In this document: positions 26,035 to 28,934 of the stretch, piece by piece | Numbering within the stretch: the first letter of the stretch is position 1 | Layout of the letters: every line of letters starts with the position of its first letter | Assembly: GCA_964558215.1 (NCBI GenBank) | Contig: CAZLDE010000001.1 | Location: forward strand, 1 to 28,934 | Reading direction: 5' to 3' | Length of the DNA: 28,934 bases | Source of the DNA: an uncultured Thermoplasmatales archaeon | Lineage (GTDB): Archaea; Thermoplasmatota; E2; DHVEG-1 | Notes under the pieces: generated by a model | Seen by the model: only the letters and a program-made list of their open reading frames with translations | The model's database searches: none | Told to the model about the DNA's origin: nothing | Program-made: the position numbers and the translations under genes

Positions 26035-26562
26035 ATGCCAAAAAATAGTAATGAACAGATGAACCAGGACGAAAAAAAAGTGCTTTCTGAGCTTGTGAAA
26101 AACGCAAACAAAAACATTGAAACAATCGCAGAGCACTGTGGTTTCTCAAAACAAAAGACATGGCGTATAATCAAACGATTGGAAACCAATGGGTTTATTT
26201 GGGGGTATACCGCGGTTTTTAACGAAGAGAAAGCTGGGTTGAAACATTTCATGTTGATGGTGAAACGGACGATGAAACAGCTTGACCAAAAAACAATCGA
26301 TAAAATCGTTTCAAGAAAATTGGAAGAATCTGCGACAAGGCTAGGTATTATAATTGAAAGTAGCGCCTATGTGCATGGGGACTATGACTGGATTTTGACG
26401 TTCACTACTAAAGACATCATCCATGCGAAAAAGTTTGCTGATATATTAGTCGAGTTTCATCCAGGTATAATCGAGAAAACCACGATTCTTGAGACGTTGA
26501 TGTATATCAGGAAACACTACATCCTTAACCCTGAGAAAGAACGATTGATAGAATTCCTTTAA
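26035..26562 (+). CDS. Lrp/AsnC family transcriptional regulator
   Basis: N-terminal HTH (DEKKVLSEL...IAEHCGFSKQKTWRIIKRLE..GFIWGYTA) and C-terminal VHGDYDW; GGAGG SD upstream. Confidence 0.88.
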   Translation: MPKNSNEQMNQDEKKVLSELVKNANKNIETIAEHCGFSKQKTWRIIKRLETNGFIWGYTAVFNEEKAGLKHFMLMVKRTMKQLDQKTIDKIVSRKLEESATRLGIIIESSAYVHGDYDWILTFTTKDIIHAKKFADILVEFHPGIIEKTTILETLMYIRKHYILNPEKERLIEFL

Positions 26563-26632
26563 TATTTTTTTCAAAATGATCTAGGATAATAAAAAGGAAG
26601 TTTTTTAAAGATGAGGAAGGTTCAACAGACTG

Positions 26633-28360
26633 ATGCTTCATGTCTATATTCTTGATGGGTATGTCGACGAACCGACCTGTCTTGGTGTTCCCCCCTACAT
26701 CAGCCCTTATCCTCGCTACATCGCTGGCGCGGTCTGGGATTCCGATCCACATGCTACAGTAGAGTATGTCACTATTGATCAACTCAGAAACGACAGATTC
26801 CTGTTGCAACGAATAGAAAAATCCGATATCCTCATTGTCATCGCAGGTATGTCAGTCCCAGGGAGATACCTCTCCGGGTTCCCGGTCAGCCCCCACGAGC
26901 TGGTCTCGTACCTCAGCCAGGTGATAAAACCAGTCAAAGTGTTATGTGGTCCTGCAGCCAGGTATGGGTTTGGGATGTCTGGTGGAAAGCAGGTGACTGA
27001 AACCGATTATGTCAGACATGTGTTCGACGTCATCGCAGATGGTGATGGTGAGATCGTCATCTCTGAACTGATGAAAAACAACCTCAGGTATGAAGAAATA
27101 GATTCTTCGGTCTGCAGAGAAAGCCAGTTAATGATTAAGGATTTTGCAGTCCGTGGCGCAGCAATCGTCGCTCAGCATCCGTTTTTTCCGGAGTATCTGA
27201 TAACGGAAATCGAGACGTACCGCGGATGTTCACGGAGCATTACAGGCGGATGTTCGTTTTGTAGTGAGCCTTTCAAAGGAAAACCGAGTTTCCGGACTAT
27301 CAAAGAAATCTGTGGGGAGATAGCCGCTTTGTACGATGCCGGGGTGCGTCATTTCCGTATCGGCAGTCAGCCCTGCATCTTCTCTTACCAAGCCCTTGGC
27401 GCAAGTGAGCAAGAGTTCCCTAAACCTAATCCTGAGGCTCTTGAACTGTTGTTCCATGGGATACGCACCGCTGCACCAGATCTGAAAACACTGCATATCG
27501 ACAATGCGAATCCCGGAATCATCGCACGGTACCCGGAGGAATGCCGACGGATAGCAAAAAGCATCATCAGATATCATACCGCTGGCGATGTCGCAGCACT
27601 TGGTGTGGAGAGCGTCGATCCTGTGGTTATCAAAAACAACAACCTCAAGGCAACAGCTGAGGAGGTGTTTTCTGTTATTCGATTGTTTAATGAGGTGGGT
27701 GCACAGAGGGGAAAAAATGGACTGCCAGAACTACTCCCCGGGTTGAATTTCGTGTTTGGTCTTGAGGGGGAAACAAAAAACACCTTTGCTCTTGATTATG
27801 AATTCCTTAAAAAAGTCGCAGAGAACAATCTTCTGTTGCGCCGTATTAATCTTAGGCAGGTCATCCCGATACCAGGGACGCGGATGGGGAAGGTCGGTGA
27901 GAAAAACATCAGGAAACATAAAGCCGATTTCCAACGCTTCAAACGCAAGGTCCGTGAGACCATTGAGCGTCCCTTGCTTCAGCGGTTAGTGCCTCAAGGA
28001 ACTCTTGTTACGGATGTTTTTGCGGAGATGTATGAGGGGAAGCTGACGTTCGGCCGACAGCTGGGAAGTTACCCCCTGCTTATCGGAATCCCGGGGGTTT
28101 ACCCTTTGCGTCAGTTCTATGACGTCAAAATCGTGAACTATGGGTATCGGTCGCTGACCGCATTACCTTTCCCTCTTGATGTGAACACAGCACCCCGTGA
28201 GACACTTGAGGCAATCCCCGGGGTTGGGGTCAAACGAGCGATAAGGATTTTAGCGAAAAGACCGTTTCATACCAAAAAAGCATTTATCGACGCATTAGAT
28301 GATCCAGCTATTGCGCAGTCTCTTGATGTTTATGTGCAGATCGCTAAACAAAAGGACTGA
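26633..28360 (+). CDS. COG1031-type radical SAM protein with TRAM-like and C-terminal helix-hairpin-helix domains
   Basis: N-terminal LDGYVDEPTCLGVPPY; RGCSRSITGGCSFC cluster motif (C199, C207, C210); GRQLGSYP; IPGVGVKRA HhH. Confidence 0.87.
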   Translation: MLHVYILDGYVDEPTCLGVPPYISPYPRYIAGAVWDSDPHATVEYVTIDQLRNDRFLLQRIEKSDILIVIAGMSVPGRYLSGFPVSPHELVSYLSQVIKPVKVLCGPAARYGFGMSGGKQVTETDYVRHVFDVIADGDGEIVISELMKNNLRYEEIDSSVCRESQLMIKDFAVRGAAIVAQHPFFPEYLITEIETYRGCSRSITGGCSFCSEPFKGKPSFRTIKEICGEIAALYDAGVRHFRIGSQPCIFSYQALGASEQEFPKPNPEALELLFHGIRTAAPDLKTLHIDNANPGIIARYPEECRRIAKSIIRYHTAGDVAALGVESVDPVVIKNNNLKATAEEVFSVIRLFNEVGAQRGKNGLPELLPGLNFVFGLEGETKNTFALDYEFLKKVAENNLLLRRINLRQVIPIPGTRMGKVGEKNIRKHKADFQRFKRKVRETIERPLLQRLVPQGTLVTDVFAEMYEGKLTFGRQLGSYPLLIGIPGVYPLRQFYDVKIVNYGYRSLTALPFPLDVNTAPRETLEAIPGVGVKRAIRILAKRPFHTKKAFIDALDDPAIAQSLDVYVQIAKQKD

Positions 28361-28382
28361 AGAACTATCAGAGGAGAACAGA

Positions 28383-28850
28383 ATGAAGATGAAGAAAAAC
28401 AATCTCGAATCCTTGGAAGAAGACCTTGGGTATATCTTCAAAGATAAACAGCTGCTGACAACAGCTCTTACCCATAAGACATATGCATTTGAGGCACAGA
28501 CACCAGTGGAGTACAATGAGCGATTGGAGTTCCTTGGGGATAGTGTTCTGAACTTTGTCATTGCAGAGAAACTGTATCAGAGCAATCAGTTTTTTTCGGA
28601 GGGTGAGTTGACACGCAGACGTGCTATTGGTGTGAACAACAACGTCCTTGCCGATGTCGCAGGAATGCTGAATATTGGTTCGTATTTACTGCTGGGGAAA
28701 GGAGAGTCAAAACAGGAGGGGGCTAAGAACAGGACGAATCTGGCCAACGCTTTGGAGGCGCTAATCGGGGCTATCTACCTTGATTCAGACCTCAAGACAG
28801 TCCGACGGTTCATCTTCAAGAAGATTTATCGGGAAGAATTCCAGTTTTAG
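28383..28850 (+). CDS. rnc: Ribonuclease III catalytic domain without a dsRNA-binding domain
   Basis: Signature ERLEFLGDSVL, ALTHKT and ANALEALIGAIYLD. The ATG at 28383 follows GAGGAG; the track's 28299 start overlaps the upstream gene. TAG follows directly after the nuclease domain (155 aa). Confidence 0.88.
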   Translation: MKMKKNNLESLEEDLGYIFKDKQLLTTALTHKTYAFEAQTPVEYNERLEFLGDSVLNFVIAEKLYQSNQFFSEGELTRRRAIGVNNNVLADVAGMLNIGSYLLLGKGESKQEGAKNRTNLANALEALIGAIYLDSDLKTVRRFIFKKIYREEFQF

Positions 28851-28896
28851 TTCGACAGCCTCATAAAAAATTAATTTTTCTTATTATATAAAAAAA

Positions 28897-28904
28897 TTTA
28901 TATA
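28897..28904 (+). promoter_or_regulatory. Putative TATA box (TTTATATA) for a gene starting at the window edge
   Basis: A-rich BRE-like run immediately upstream, and an ATG at 28932-28934, 27 nt downstream (leaderless geometry). Confidence 0.4.
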
Positions 28905-28934
28905 TTAGATTTTGTTCCCTGTTAAAACTTAATG

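Noticed and set aside
14309-28382. Track-extended starts at 14309, 17638, 17651, 24272 and 28299
   Set aside because: Most overlap neighbouring genes. Downstream ATGs fit better on paralog length, family start position, SD placement or operon spacing.

Overview
A gene-dense window of archaeal chromosome. TTTA(T/A)ATA-type TATA boxes, DUF424, DUF763, Mut7-C and a COG1031-type radical SAM gene point to an archaeon. The many PKD/NosD secreted proteins with FPxxFPIL tails suggest Thermoplasmatota, probably a sediment MBG-D/DHVEG-1-like lineage; this placement is inference. I see no rRNA, tRNA, CRISPR array or mobile element. Four blocks are present. (1) 1-11331: secreted or surface proteins (PKD proteins, a 7-blade FG-GAP propeller, a large transglutaminase-like enzyme that probably starts at ATT, an M14 carboxypeptidase) with two cyclophilins and a dcd/dUTPase-family gene. 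(2) 13000-19961: a LuxE-like acyl-protein synthetase, two paralogous cytoplasmic transglutaminase-like proteins, an extended SDR and two transporters. One paralog has the canonical Cys-His-Asp triad and the other has Cys-Glu-His at the same aligned positions. No luxC/D/AB is in the window. This is the best candidate for an undescribed acyl-activation/acyl-transfer system. (3) 23142-26562: an Lrp-centred module with a stand-alone Lrp ligand-binding domain, an EamA/DMT transporter fused to a similar domain, an M29 aminopeptidase and a divergent full-length Lrp regulator. (4) 26633-28850: a Cx7Cx2C radical SAM/TRAM-like/HhH protein followed by an RNase III that lacks the dsRBD. All family calls come from motif recognition by eye; no database searches were run.
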